A DNA stretch of 64,000 nt, taken from the NCBI RefSeq assembly GCF_006345805.1, contig NC_042997.1, forward strand, positions 172,174,001-172,238,000, given 5' to 3'. This document shows, piece by piece, positions 12,220 through 24,668 of the stretch (the first letter of the stretch is position 1; each line of letters starts with the position of its first letter). The notes beneath the pieces were generated by a model. That model made no database searches. It was not told the DNA's origin and was given only the letters and a program-made list of their open reading frames with translations. A program made the position numbers and the translations under genes. The stretch comes from Octopus sinensis (Eukaryota).

Positions 12220-12700
12220 CACAGACATACACATATATACATATATGTGTACATGCATGCACACATACATACATAAATAATACCTTTTCATACATACATA
12301 TATACATACATACAAGTAAACACACATACATACAAACATACATACAAGCATACATACATACTTTTACATACATACATACCCAAATACATACATACATGCA
12401 TACATACATACATACATACATACATACATACATACATACATGCATACCTATACATGCATATAGACATACATATATTCATTCATACATACATACATACATA
12501 CATACATACATACATACATACCTATACATGGATACAGACATACATATATTCATTCATACATACATACATACATACATACCTATACATGGATACAGACATA
12601 CATATATTCATTCATACATACATACATACATACATACATACATACATACATACATACATACCTATACATGCATACAGACATACATATATTCATTCATACA
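12220..12700. repeat. (TACA)n satellite with four higher-order units starting CCTATACATG
   Basis: Units at about 12447, 12521, 12579, 12661. Confidence 0.9.
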
Positions 12701-12702
12701 TA

Positions 12703-13605
12703 CAAGAGGTACCCAAAAGAAACTGGAGTTTTGCAATCTTATTTTATTTACTTATTTTTACATGTTTACACTTTTATCACCTTCAAAATATTCTCCATTT
12801 GAAGCAATGCATTGGTCCAGAGGCATGTTCCACTGTTCAAAGTGGTGCTGAAACTCTTGTGAAGTGACGCTTTTTAACGCCTCCATCATTTTTTTCTTCA
12901 CCTCTTTCACATCAGAAAATTCAGTAGCACCAGCTTTCATCACCAGTGATGACCTTCAAAAAAATGTCTGGATCAATTTCCCATTGTTCTTTCAGCTCAC
13001 GACACTCATTCAGTCATGACTGCTTTTGATCTTCCGTGAGCAAGCAAGGCACAAATTTTGCTGCAACATTTTTCATTTGCAATCCCTTGCTCAAAATTCG
13101 TTGGTAGGTGCTCCAGGACACACCAGTCATATCAACAAGTTTGTCAATTATTCAGTGATGGTCCTCTAAGATCAGTTTATGAATTTCTACGATGTTTTCA
13201 TTTGTTCAAGAGGTCGACGGTTGCCCTGAAGGAGATTGGTCTTCAAGAGACAAGTGACCATTCCAAAAGCATGGAAACCACTTGTAAACTTGTGTTTAGC
13301 TCATGGCAGTGTCCTTGTAAGCTATTTGAAGCATGACAACTGTTTTGGCTGCTGTTTTCCCCAGCAGAAAACAGAATTTCATGGAAGCATGCTGTTCCTT
13401 CATCTTAGCCATCGCAAAAATCGACAAACAGGAGAGAAGCACTGCAAAACAAAGGCACACCATGTGGTAGTACGATACTACCCAATGACACCAGTTGGCA
13501 GGCTGATACCTGAGGGTTGCATCAAGTGGCTTCAAGCAGCAGAAGCCTGAACTACAATAGGCTTACACACAGAGAACATTTCCAGTTACTTTTGGTATCA
13601 CTTCA
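12703..13605 (-). mobile_element. Internally deleted mariner-like transposon
   Basis: N-terminal SMKFCFLLGKTAAKTVVMLQIAYKD and C-terminal KKKMMEAL..QEFQHHFEQW..DQCIASNGEYFEGD; imperfect ~28-bp TIRs flanked by TA. Confidence 0.8.
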
Positions 13606-13612
13606 TATATAC

Positions 13613-13643
<31 letters not shown>

Positions 13644-14023
13644 CCCTTTGCATACAGCGGTATTTCATCTGCCATTACATTCTGAGTTCAAATTCCGCCG
13701 AGGTCAACTTTGCCTTTCATCCTTTCAGGGTCGATTAAACAAGTACCAGTTACGCACTGGGGTTGATGTAATTGACTTAATCCCTTTGTCCGTCCTTGTT
13801 TGTCCCCTCTGTGTTTAGATCCCTGTGGCCAATAAAGAAATATCATCATCCTCATTGTTTAACGCCCGCTTTCCATGCTAGCATGGGTTAGATGTATGAC
13901 TGAGGGCTGGCGAACCAGATGGCTGCACCAGGCTTCAATCTTGATCTGGTAGAGTTTCTACAGCTGGATGCCCTTCCTAACGCCAACCACTCCGACAGTG
14001 TAGTAATATACATACATATATAT

Positions 14024-14129
<106 letters not shown>

Positions 14130-14133
14130 AGTA

Positions 14134-14164
<31 letters not shown>

Positions 14165-14535
14165 ATATATACAGCCATGCTACAGGCTTCTTCCAGTTTC
14201 TGTCAACAAAATCCACTCACAAGACTGGTTGACTTGGGTCTATAGTAGAAGACACTTGCCCAAGGTGCTGTGCAGTGTAACCAAAGCCATGTTGTCGGGA
14301 ATCAAACTTCCTACCACAAAGCCTCACGTGCACCTATGATCTTAAAACATTGATTTATGTAATCCTAGAGAGAAAACGGTAGGATGGGCATGGCTGAAAC
14401 TGAAATACCTTTGATCATGTAACCTACTCAGTTAGGGCTGACCTGGGTCTAAACATCAGAGAATTACTGTTAAATTCCCTGTCCAAATACATGATAAAAC
14501 CACAACACCTCATCAATCTAACCTTTGTTACTCAC

Positions 14536-14783
14536 CTATAATCGTTATATTCAGACACATAACATACTTTAATGTTACAGAGAGAGCGTATTCATCTGCA
14601 TCGTTGCTTCCATCAGATAAATAGCAAATTATTCCAACAAATGGAGACATCCACTTTATGTTTGTGTAAAATAAACAAGAAAAGAATTCTCGGAAATATT
14701 AGGAACAAATTATTAAATTTGATGAAAGTTCAAAGATTCGTGTTTTCGAAAGTTATGCTATTCCCCTCCGCTAACAAAAGCTT
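14536..14783 (-). other. Candidate exon (possibly a first exon) ending at a strong GTGAGT donor
   Basis: Unique, CpG-richer sequence; frame MSPFVGIICYLSDGSNDADEYALSVTLKYVMCLNITII open from ATG at 14650 to the donor after 14536; no upstream ATG in 14651-14800. Confidence 0.3.
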
Positions 14784-14836
14784 CTAAATACAAAAATAAT
14801 ATAAACAATGATGAGGTGTGTGTGTGTGTGTGTGTA

Positions 14837-14856
14837 GGGGGGCGTGGAGGGCGGGG
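14837..14856. promoter_or_regulatory. Two GC-box-like motifs (GGGGGCGTGG, GGGCGGGG)
   Basis: Motif match only; rare in this AT-rich window. Confidence 0.25.
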
Positions 14857-14955
14857 TAAATGATGCTCAGTTAAGTTTCCATAACAACACTTTAAAGCTT
14901 GTTATTTCTCCAACGCTATTTCTAATTTGTGTGTTTCAGAGTGTAATATAATATA

Positions 14956-15027
<72 letters not shown>

Positions 15028-15028
15028 C

Positions 15029-15114
<86 letters not shown>

Positions 15115-15182
15115 TAAATATTCATATATATATATATACATATATAATATTCATATATATATATATACATATATAAATATTC

Positions 15183-15229
<47 letters not shown>

Positions 15230-15799
15230 TAAACACACATACAACACTTAAATACACACACACTCACACTCACATACATATAGATAGATAGATAGATAGA
15301 TGTATATATATCTTATAGACACACATGCATTCACACACACACAAATAGATAAATTTGTGTATATCTGTATAAGTGTGTACGTTTGTATGTATGTATATAT
15401 ACATGTGTGTAGGTGCATGCATCACTATGTGATAAGAAACTTGCTTCCCATTCATGTAGTCTTCGGTTCAGTCCCATTGCATGACACCTTGAGTAAGTGT
15501 CTTCCACTATAGCTCTGGGTTGACCAAAGCTCTGTGGGTGGATTTGGTAGATAGAGACTGCAAGAAGCCTGTTGTGCATGTATATTTGAATACACACACA
15601 CACACACACATGCACGCACATATATATATGATGGATTCTCTCATTGTGAATGACAAATGTGACTTCAGTAAAATAAAGTGGTAATCATGTTCTATGGACA
15701 TGAATGTGTCTCTTGAGGTGGTACCTTGTTGGTGGTACCTTGAAAACCTTTGGCAAAGGGAACAAGTTTTTTTGATAATTTATTATGTGTTTTTCTCAG

Positions 15800-15847
15800 A
15801 GAATGGCAAGGCCTGCTTTGCTTTGTGCCACAAAACCACAATAGCAG
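15800..15847 (+). other. Candidate 48-nt exon (xNGKACFALCHKTTIA)
   Basis: TGTTTTTCTCAG acceptor and CAG|GTAAGA donor; length divisible by 3. Confidence 0.35.
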
Positions 15848-15859
15848 GTAAGATTTTCA

Positions 15860-16330
15860 TTTAGAGTAGCAGCGTTTTGCCAGAGTGCCTTTATGCTTGC
15901 ACAAAGTTGGCCCCAATGCTGGAGTCAACTTTGCTCAAATCTTTGAATTATTGATAAGCAGGACTGATGCCAGATCCTGAATTCTGATTCTTTGTTTTCC
16001 CAAGAAGAAAAGGGAATGTTGCTTTGCTTCAGATTCTCTTTTAGTTTGTCTTTGAAGAGCAAGAGTGGCCTTCCAACTGACCATCCTTTTGAGAATTGGT
16101 CAAAGAGAAGTTGCTTCAGAATTCTAATGTCACTCATATGTGAGAAATGACCTTAGTTATATTTTGATGAAAATGGCTTCAGTACCTGATATGTTGCATT
16201 TTGTTAGCACCTCACTTTAACGAATGTGGTCACTTGACTTCATCATCTGGTACAAGATCCCCTCCCCCAATGCCCTATCCCCTCTCAAAGGATTTTTGTC
16301 TTGCAAGTTACTTGGTGACCTACAACTGCT
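15860..16330 (-). mobile_element. Degenerate RTE/BovB-like LINE C-terminal fragment
   Basis: KQLLFDQFSKGWSVGRPLLLFKDKLKENLKQ..W resembles the RTE post-RT region. Confidence 0.75.
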
Positions 16331-16385
16331 GGTGCCACAAAAAGCAACCAGTCCACACTATAAAGTGGTTTACGTTTAGAAGGGC

Positions 16386-16387
<2 letters not shown>

Positions 16388-16418
<31 letters not shown>

Positions 16419-16975
16419 TGTATGTACATATGTACGTATGTATGTATGTATGTATGTAAGTTTGTATGTATGTTTGTATGTATGTATGTATGTATGTAAG
16501 TATACATGCATGCATGTATGTATGTATGTATGTATGTATGTATGTATGTATGTATGTATGTATGTATGTATTATGTATGTATTATGTATGTATGTTTGTA
16601 TGTATGTATGTATGTATGTAAGTATGCATGCATGCATGCATGTATGTATGTATGTATGTATGTTTGTATGTATGTTCGTATGTATGTATGTATGTAAGTA
16701 TGCATGCATGCATGTATGTATGTATGTATGTATGTATGTATGTATGTATGTTTGTATGTATGTTTGTATGTATGTATGTAAGTATGCATGCATGCATGTA
16801 TGTATGTATGTATGTATGTTTGTATGTATGTTTGTATGTATGTATGTAAGTATGCATGCATGCATGCATGTATGTATGTATGTAGTATGTATGTATGTAT
16901 GCATGCATGCATGCATGCATGTATGTATGTATGTATGTATGCAATGTATGTATGTATGTATGTATGTATGTATTA
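16388..16975. repeat. (TATG)n/(TGCA)n compound satellite
   Basis: Direct observation; source of the MYVC/HTYI ORFs. Confidence 0.95.
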
Positions 16976-17380
16976 TATTATATTAAATATGTGAATAATT
17001 AAATACAATTTAAAATGTACAGCTGCACAGGCAATGTCTTCTTGAAAAAAATTTCAGTTACAACTATGATGTTGTTGGTACAAAATGTTCTTTGTCTATC
17101 TCCTTAACTTCTTGGAGATTTTAGGTATAATTATACTAATGTATCATCTGTTCTAATTTAATTAAATTCTATGTCTTTGTGCAGCTGAAGATTGCTCTAC
17201 ATTTTAAATTGATGTAATGATTGCATTGTTCAATTAAATGGAGTTGCATGAAATGATCGTACTGCATTACCTCTGGATATTCTTGTTGCTTATTTTGATT
17301 TTAATCACCTTACTTTGAAACTGTATGGATAATACCGTACTAAATTCTGGTACCTCAACTTAAGTACCATATTTATCTGA

Positions 17381-17835
<455 letters not shown>

Positions 17836-18298
17836 TTCATAAATGAGAATCAGATATTCTCCATGTAGAGAACACTTAGTAGTGCTCAAGAGGTTTAAAC
17901 TTAAGCGGGTATAGAAGTAAATGCAAGGACAAGCAAACTAGGCAGGTCAATATATAAAGTATGTTAAATACAGGAAATACAAAAAATGTATATATGTTCA
18001 CATACAAAAGAGTCCAACTTGCACGGAATAGAAATGATATCAAGAAATAAAGAGGTTGAAGAAAAGTATTACAAATCTAACAGCTGTTTCTAGGGTTCAG
18101 TGGTCCAAAATAATATTTGTAGATTGATTCCATCATAGAATGAGATGAGCCTCTGTCTTCAGGGAAGAAATCTTACATTTAAGGTGTTGACAGAAAGATG
18201 TTTATATGTAAATATATATATATACATTTTTTTGTGTTTCATGTATTTTGATATACATGGTTGATTGACCTGCTTAATTTGCTTATTCTTACATTTAC

Positions 18299-18367
<69 letters not shown>

Positions 18368-20292
18368 ATATCACCATCATCATCGTCGTCATCACCATCA
18401 TCATCATCATCATGTAATGTCCATTTTCCATGCTGGCATGGGTTGTATGGTTTTGGCAGGAGCTGGTAAGGCTGGGAGCTGCACCGGGCTCCATTGTCTG
18501 TTTTGGCATGATTTCTACAGCTGGATGCCCTTCCTAATGCCAACCACTTTACAGAGTGTACTTGGGTGTTTTTTACATGGCACCAGCACCAGTGCCTTTT
18601 ATGTGGCCCCCATCACCAGTGCTTTTTATGTGGCCCCATCACCAGTGCCTTTTATGTGGCACCATCACCAGTGCTTTTTATGTGGCACCATCATCAGTGC
18701 TTTTTATGTGGTACTAGCACCAGTGCATTTTACGTGGCACCAGCACCAACAGGGTCACTGAATAACTTGCAAGACAACCCTCCGCTCATTTAGGAGGAAG
18801 GAATAGTTGTGAGAGGGATGTCTTTTTGTTGGTTGATGAGAGATTAGAGGTGTAGAAGGACAGGTGTGTCCCTTGAAGGCATGCACTAACACATCTTCAC
18901 CACCAGCTGTTTCTATCTTAGAGTCAAACTCACCTGCTCTCTTTATCATATATGTGTATGTGTGTGTGTATGTATGTATACACACACATATATATACAGA
19001 GAGAGACAGCCAGACTGTGAGGGAAGGAATGAGAGGAGGGAAAGAGAGAGTGAGTGAGACAATACAATGTTAGTGATACCATTGTTTCCACAGACTAACC
19101 CATCGATTCTCTACACGGCTGGTGACAAATAATGATGTTGAAATTGTTTCTCATTTTACATATAGCAAGCTTTTCAGTGATGTGACAGGGAATTGAATTT
19201 TATGGTAATTCTACACTCTCCTGTTCTCAGTTTCTGTCTTGTTTTGTATAAATACGAAGCAGACAGATCTAGCTATGAATATTTCTTCATTATATTGATT
19301 TTTTATTTGTTCATAATGGATGAGATAGTTGACACCTCACACTAATACTATCTTATTACTCTGGCAGAAAAATCTCTTGTTTATATCCTGTGAGGTTTAA
19401 CTGTAGTTATTGAATGGCCGACAGATAACTAACAGATGTCATTGGCTAGAAAAAATGGCACAAGTTAATCCGAAGACCCAGTGTTTGGTAATATAACATT
19501 CCTATGAAAAATCTTCTTTGGGTTTCCAGGTTGCAATGTTATGGGAAAAGAAAATGATATTTAATAACAGTCATGCTTTTTGTTTTTTTTATGTCTTTGT
19601 TTTTTTTGTCTTTGTTTTTTTTTTCCATTCTTCAAAATTATTTGTGAAGTAAATAAATTGGCACCAGTTGGCAACAATGAAAATCGTATGGAATTTATCT
19701 CTTGCTCTCTGGCATTCTCCACAATATTTCATGATTAAATTGCTTGCAAAGAATGGCAAGTTTTCAAAGTGATAGCACACTAGCTGAAATACCTTATAAC
19801 ATATATAATTACAGACATTTTTACACTTCCCACTAGCTTCACTCAATTGACTGTAAGTTATACAGAGGCAATTTCATTCTATAGTGTAGTTGACTACATC
19901 GACCTTACGACTTATTTGTTTATTGATTGGTACTTATTATGTCAATATATTTTAATGAGTCACTGTGTTTTGGGGATGTAAAAAAACCAACACCAGTTGT
20001 CAAGGAGTGGTGGGAAGGGACAAACACAGACACAAAGACATGTACACACACATTTAAGTATATGTCCCAGTATATATGTATATATATATGTATATGATGA
20101 ATGGTCTATTGGACCTATTGTTTAATTGTGTTTATTTATGTATTTATACACATGTAAAAGTATATATACTATGATTATATATGTATATATGTATAAGTGT
20201 AAGTCTATATGGATATTTGTTCATATTTTTTATATATATTAAATTATACATGTATCTTGTTTCATGTATTAATATTTTTAAAGCTCTTTGTA

Positions 20293-20420
20293 ACCTTTGA
20301 CGTGGCCTATGGTTATATATATAAGTACCCTATTTTTAAATGCCTACAACCTCAATATAATTGACAACTATAGGCATGGAAAAAAACTACTTTTATCCAT
20401 AGGCTGAAACAGCTGTAAGG
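20293..20420 (+). ncRNA. Decayed Penelope-type type I hammerhead ribozyme
   Basis: TTGACGT (mutated CTGANGA), stem II GGCCTATGG/CCATAGGCT, GAAAC-AGCT-GTA with palindromic stem III, stem I CCT/AGG. Confidence 0.6.
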
Positions 20421-21477
20421 AGTGATTTTAATGATTTCAAAAATTTACATTAGGATTTTATAATTGCTTTTTTATCTTATATGTATTGAATTATAATGTA
20501 TATATGTATGCTATTAAGGTTCTCATTTTTGTTAAATGAATAAATAATTCAACATTCTAATATCTGAAAGCTGATGAGCCAACTAAATTGTTTCTCCATT
20601 TTCTTATTTGTATTATATATTATATATATATATATATACACATACATACAAGTATATAAAAGGACAATGCTCATTATTATATTAGGAGAATATACATACA
20701 TTTTAACACTTTACAGTATATTTATGTATATACATAATTCTATACGTTGATCTAAAACAACAGAATTAATAAAGGAAGACCGGAATTTAAGGGAAAAGAA
20801 AAACCAAAAGGTCTCATGATATTCATTGAAGGATTTTATTTCAGATATTCTCATTTTAAAAATCATTTCCAGTTAATCATTGAGAGGACATTGGTGTTGC
20901 ATTGGCAGAGGTTTGCACTGAGTGCTCTTGTTACTTAGAAATCATAATTATTATCGATGTTGTTCTCCGAAAATGTGTGGCCTTGTGCCTCTGTTAGAAA
21001 TCATTATTATTATTGTTGTTATTATTAGGGCAGTGAGCTGGCAGAATCATTAGTGCACTTGATGAAATGTTTAGTGGCGAGCTGGCAGAAACATTAGCAC
21101 GCCAGGCAAAATGCTTAGTGGTATTTCGTCTGCCGCTACGTTCTGGGTTCAAATTCCGCTGAGATCGACTTTGCCTTTCATCCTTTCGGGGTCGATTAAA
21201 TAAGTACCAGTTACGCACTGGGGTCGATATAATCGACTTAATTCGTTTGTCTGTCCTTGTTTGTCCCCTCAACGTTTAGCCCCTTGTGGGTAGTAAAGAA
21301 ATAGGTATTTCACCCATCGCTACATTCTGAGTTCAAATTCCGCTGAGGTCAACTTTACCTTTCATCCTTTCAGGGTCGATAAATTAAGTACCAGTGAAAC
21401 ACTGGGGTTGATGTACTTAACTAGCCTACTCCCACAAGTTTCAGGCCTTGTGCCTATAGTAGAAAGGATTATTATTA

Positions 21478-21530
<53 letters not shown>

Positions 21531-22830
21531 AGGCAGTGAGCTAGCATAATCATAAGCATGCCAAACAAAATGTTTACCTGCATTTCGTCCATCTTTACAT
21601 TCTGAGTTCAAATTCTGCTGAGGTCAACATTGCCTTTCATCCTTTTGGGGTCAATGAAATAAGTACCAGTTACACACTGGGGTCTATGTAATCTACTTAA
21701 TCCTTTTGTCTGTCCTTGTTTGTCCCCTCAATGTTTAGTCCCCTGTGGGCAATAAAGAAATAAATATTCTATTTAAGGCGGCGAGCTGGCAGAAACATTA
21801 GCACACCAGGCAAAATGCTTAGCGGTATCTCATCTGTCATTATATTCTGAGTTCAAATTCTGCCGAGGTCGAATTTGCCTTTCAACCTTTTGGGGTCAAT
21901 AAATTAAGTATCAGTTGCATACTGGGGTCAATCTAATCGAGTGGCCCCCACCTTCAAAATTCCAGGCCTTGTGCCTAGAGTAGAAAAGATGAAATAAGTA
22001 TCAATTGAACACTGATGTTGATGTAATCAACTTGTCCTGTCCCCTAAAACTGCTGGCCTTGTGCCAAAATTTGAAATTACTATTATTATGTTTTATGTTT
22101 TATATTTTATGGAGATTGAATGTATTCAGACAATTTTATGGATAGATTCCTATGCTTGTTGTACTTAATAAAAAAAAATCTTTTTTTTTTTTTATTATTA
22201 AGTTTTACAGTATTTAAGTACCCAATCCTTTTTGCTTAGAGGTGGTAGATATAAAGCTTATCTTTAGATTTATATGGTTTTCATAATTTATTTTGTTAAC
22301 ATTTGTTCATTTGCATAACAGTGTGGGTTTCTTCCTCTGGCATTCAAATCCTCGAAATTTTGAAGACATTTTCAAAATTTTTTAAGCATTAACAAGGATT
22401 TTGAAAGAAAAAAAAAACGGGGGGAAAAAAAACCCCTGACAAGCTGAAGGTAAAAAGAAAATTAACTATTAAACATGTAAGCTCAAACACACTATGCAGA
22501 CAAAAGGAAATGGCAATTTTACAAACAACCAACAACAGAAATGGCAAAATGGTAAATGCATTGTTGCCAAAAATGGAACAAGCATATGCTGCTTGATTCC
22601 AAGTAGATGCATACAGCTTTCCAGTGGGTTTTCACTTGATCATTTAGTGTAAATACCAGTGACACTGATGGGCTTTAGCATCTGGTTGATGGCCTTCCAT
22701 GGAAGCCTGTGTGGTAAGAAGCTTGTTTCCCAACCACATAGTTTCAGGTTCAGCCCCACTGCATGACAACTTGGACAAGTGCCTTCTGCTATAGCCTTGG
22801 GCCAAACAAAGCCTTGTGAGGACGTTTGGT

Positions 22831-23157
22831 TTTAAAGACTCCGCCGGTTACGACGACGAGGGTCCCAGCTGATACGATCAACGGAACAGCTTGCTCGTGA
22901 AATTAACGTGCAAATGGCTGAGCATTCCACAGACACGTGTACCCTTAGCGTAGTTCTCGGGGATAATCAGCGTGACACAGAGAGTGACAAGGCTGACCCT
23001 TTGAAATACAAGTACAACTCATTTTTGCCAGCTGAGTGGACTGGAGCAACGTGAAATAAAGTGTCTTGCTCAAGGACACAACGCGTCGCCGGGAATCGAA
23101 CTCACAACCTTACGATCATGAGCCGAATGCCCTAACCACTAAGCCACGCGCCCTCAC
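22831..23157 (-). mobile_element. Young SINE family 3 (tail A) inserted in a SINE-2 copy
   Basis: CpG-intact; A-box TGGCTTAGTGG, B-box GTTCGATTCC; TSD TTTGGT; SINE-2 resumes after 23158. Confidence 0.9.
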
Positions 23158-23200
23158 TTTTGGTAGACAGGAACTGAAAGAAGCCTGTCGTGTGGGTATA

Positions 23201-24096
23201 TCTATATATATAAAACTCTAGTTGTGTGAGTGTCTGTCCCCTTCGATTTAGATTCCTAACTCCTCCCACATTTTGCGGTGCAGTTTAACCAAATTCGGGT
23301 ATCTTATAGTCGTGATTCATATCGAGCCCGTCTGACTATTAGCGCACGTCAACGATGAGTCTACGATTTTAAAAATAATTTAACATCATTTTTTATTCCA
23401 TTTTAATGCATAAAATTCATCGTGTCTCGATGGCGGCGGAGTTGGCGTCCACGCTCACAGCTGCACCTGTTTGCTTCTCCCCCTTCCCTCCCTCGTGAAG
23501 CTGTGGGGAAGGGAGTGTAAAGAAATCAACGTCGTAATGCGTTGTGAAGGAGACCAGCGTTCTTTTAGAACAACGACTTCATGGCTTGAAGACACCAAAA
23601 CAAAAATGGCTAAGAAAGCCCGAATTTATAAGGGAAGTAACTCTCTAAAAATGCTTATATAGTTATTTCCCTTACAAACCTGAGCAACGCCGGGCGATAC
23701 TGCTAGTCTTTATATATAAAAGAAAGGTTGTGTGTCTGTCTACTCCGATTTAGATTCCTAACTACTCCCACATTTTGCGGTGCAGTTTAACCAAAACCAG
23801 GTATCTTATAGTTGTGATTCATATCAAGCCCTTCTGGGTATTAGCGCGCGTCTACAATGAGTCTACGATTTTAAAAATAATTTACCATCATTTTTTTCCA
23901 TTTTAATGCATATTTTTTAAATAAAGGGAAGTAACTCTCTAAAATTGTCTACGATGAGTCAACGATTTTTAAAACAATTTACCATAATTTTTTTCCCATT
24001 TTTAATGCATTTTTTGCTATTTTTTGGCTATAACTCTAAAAATGCTTTATAGTTATTTCCCTTACAAACCCGAGCAACGCCAGGCGATACTGCTAG
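23201..24096 (+). mobile_element. Head-to-tail dimer of non-autonomous Helitron-like elements (23201-23706, 23707-24096)
   Basis: Each starts TC(T/TT)ATATATA, ends in a CC(C/T)GAGCAACGCC(G/A)GG hairpin plus CTAG; inserted between A and T. Confidence 0.9.
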
Positions 24097-24119
24097 TATA
24101 TATATATATATATATATAT

Positions 24120-24668
24120 CATCATCATCATAGTTCGGCTTCACGAACGAAGATCAGGAAAGCTTTCCACATCTTGTGCATGCACGCTCATGTCTGACAA
24201 GTCCGATATGGGAAAGGCAGGTCCATGAGCAGTGTCCACAGGTGAAGGCAACATCCAGTGTGGTTTCAGAGGCGGCTTGCACCTTCCTCCTGTGCCTCTT
24301 ATCCTTAAGCACGTCTCTTCTTTGTTCCTCAAACTTGTTGACCATGTTGAAGATCGTTTGGTGCCAGACATCATGGTCTGCAGCCAGGTCTGACCAGCAT
24401 AGGTAGTTAATATGATATGTGGAGAGAGACTTCTTGAGGCAGTCTTTGTAGTGCCTCCTCAGGGCTCCTCTCACAAGGTGGCTGGTGGAGAGTTCGCCAA
24501 ACAGGGCAATCTTAGGAAGGCGATGGTTCTCCATTCTGGAGACATGCCCTGCCCATCGGAGGTGGGACTTCAGTAGCATGGCTTCAATGCTGGGGATCTC
24601 GGCCTACTTCAAAACTTCAATGTTTGTGATAAAGTCACACCTGTGTATGTTGAGGATGGTGTGGAGAT
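24120..24668 (-). mobile_element. 5'-truncated RTE LINE with C-terminal C2H2 finger
   Basis: ORF 24154-24579: LRWAGHVSRMENHRLPK...FTCGHCSWTCLSHIGLVRHERAC; (GAT)n tail. Confidence 0.9.

Noticed and set aside
17271-17320. Minus-strand exon FQSKVIKIKISNKNIQ resembling a Rab segment
   Set aside because: No neighbouring GTPase motifs (GxxxxGK, WDTAGQ) found; similarity superficial
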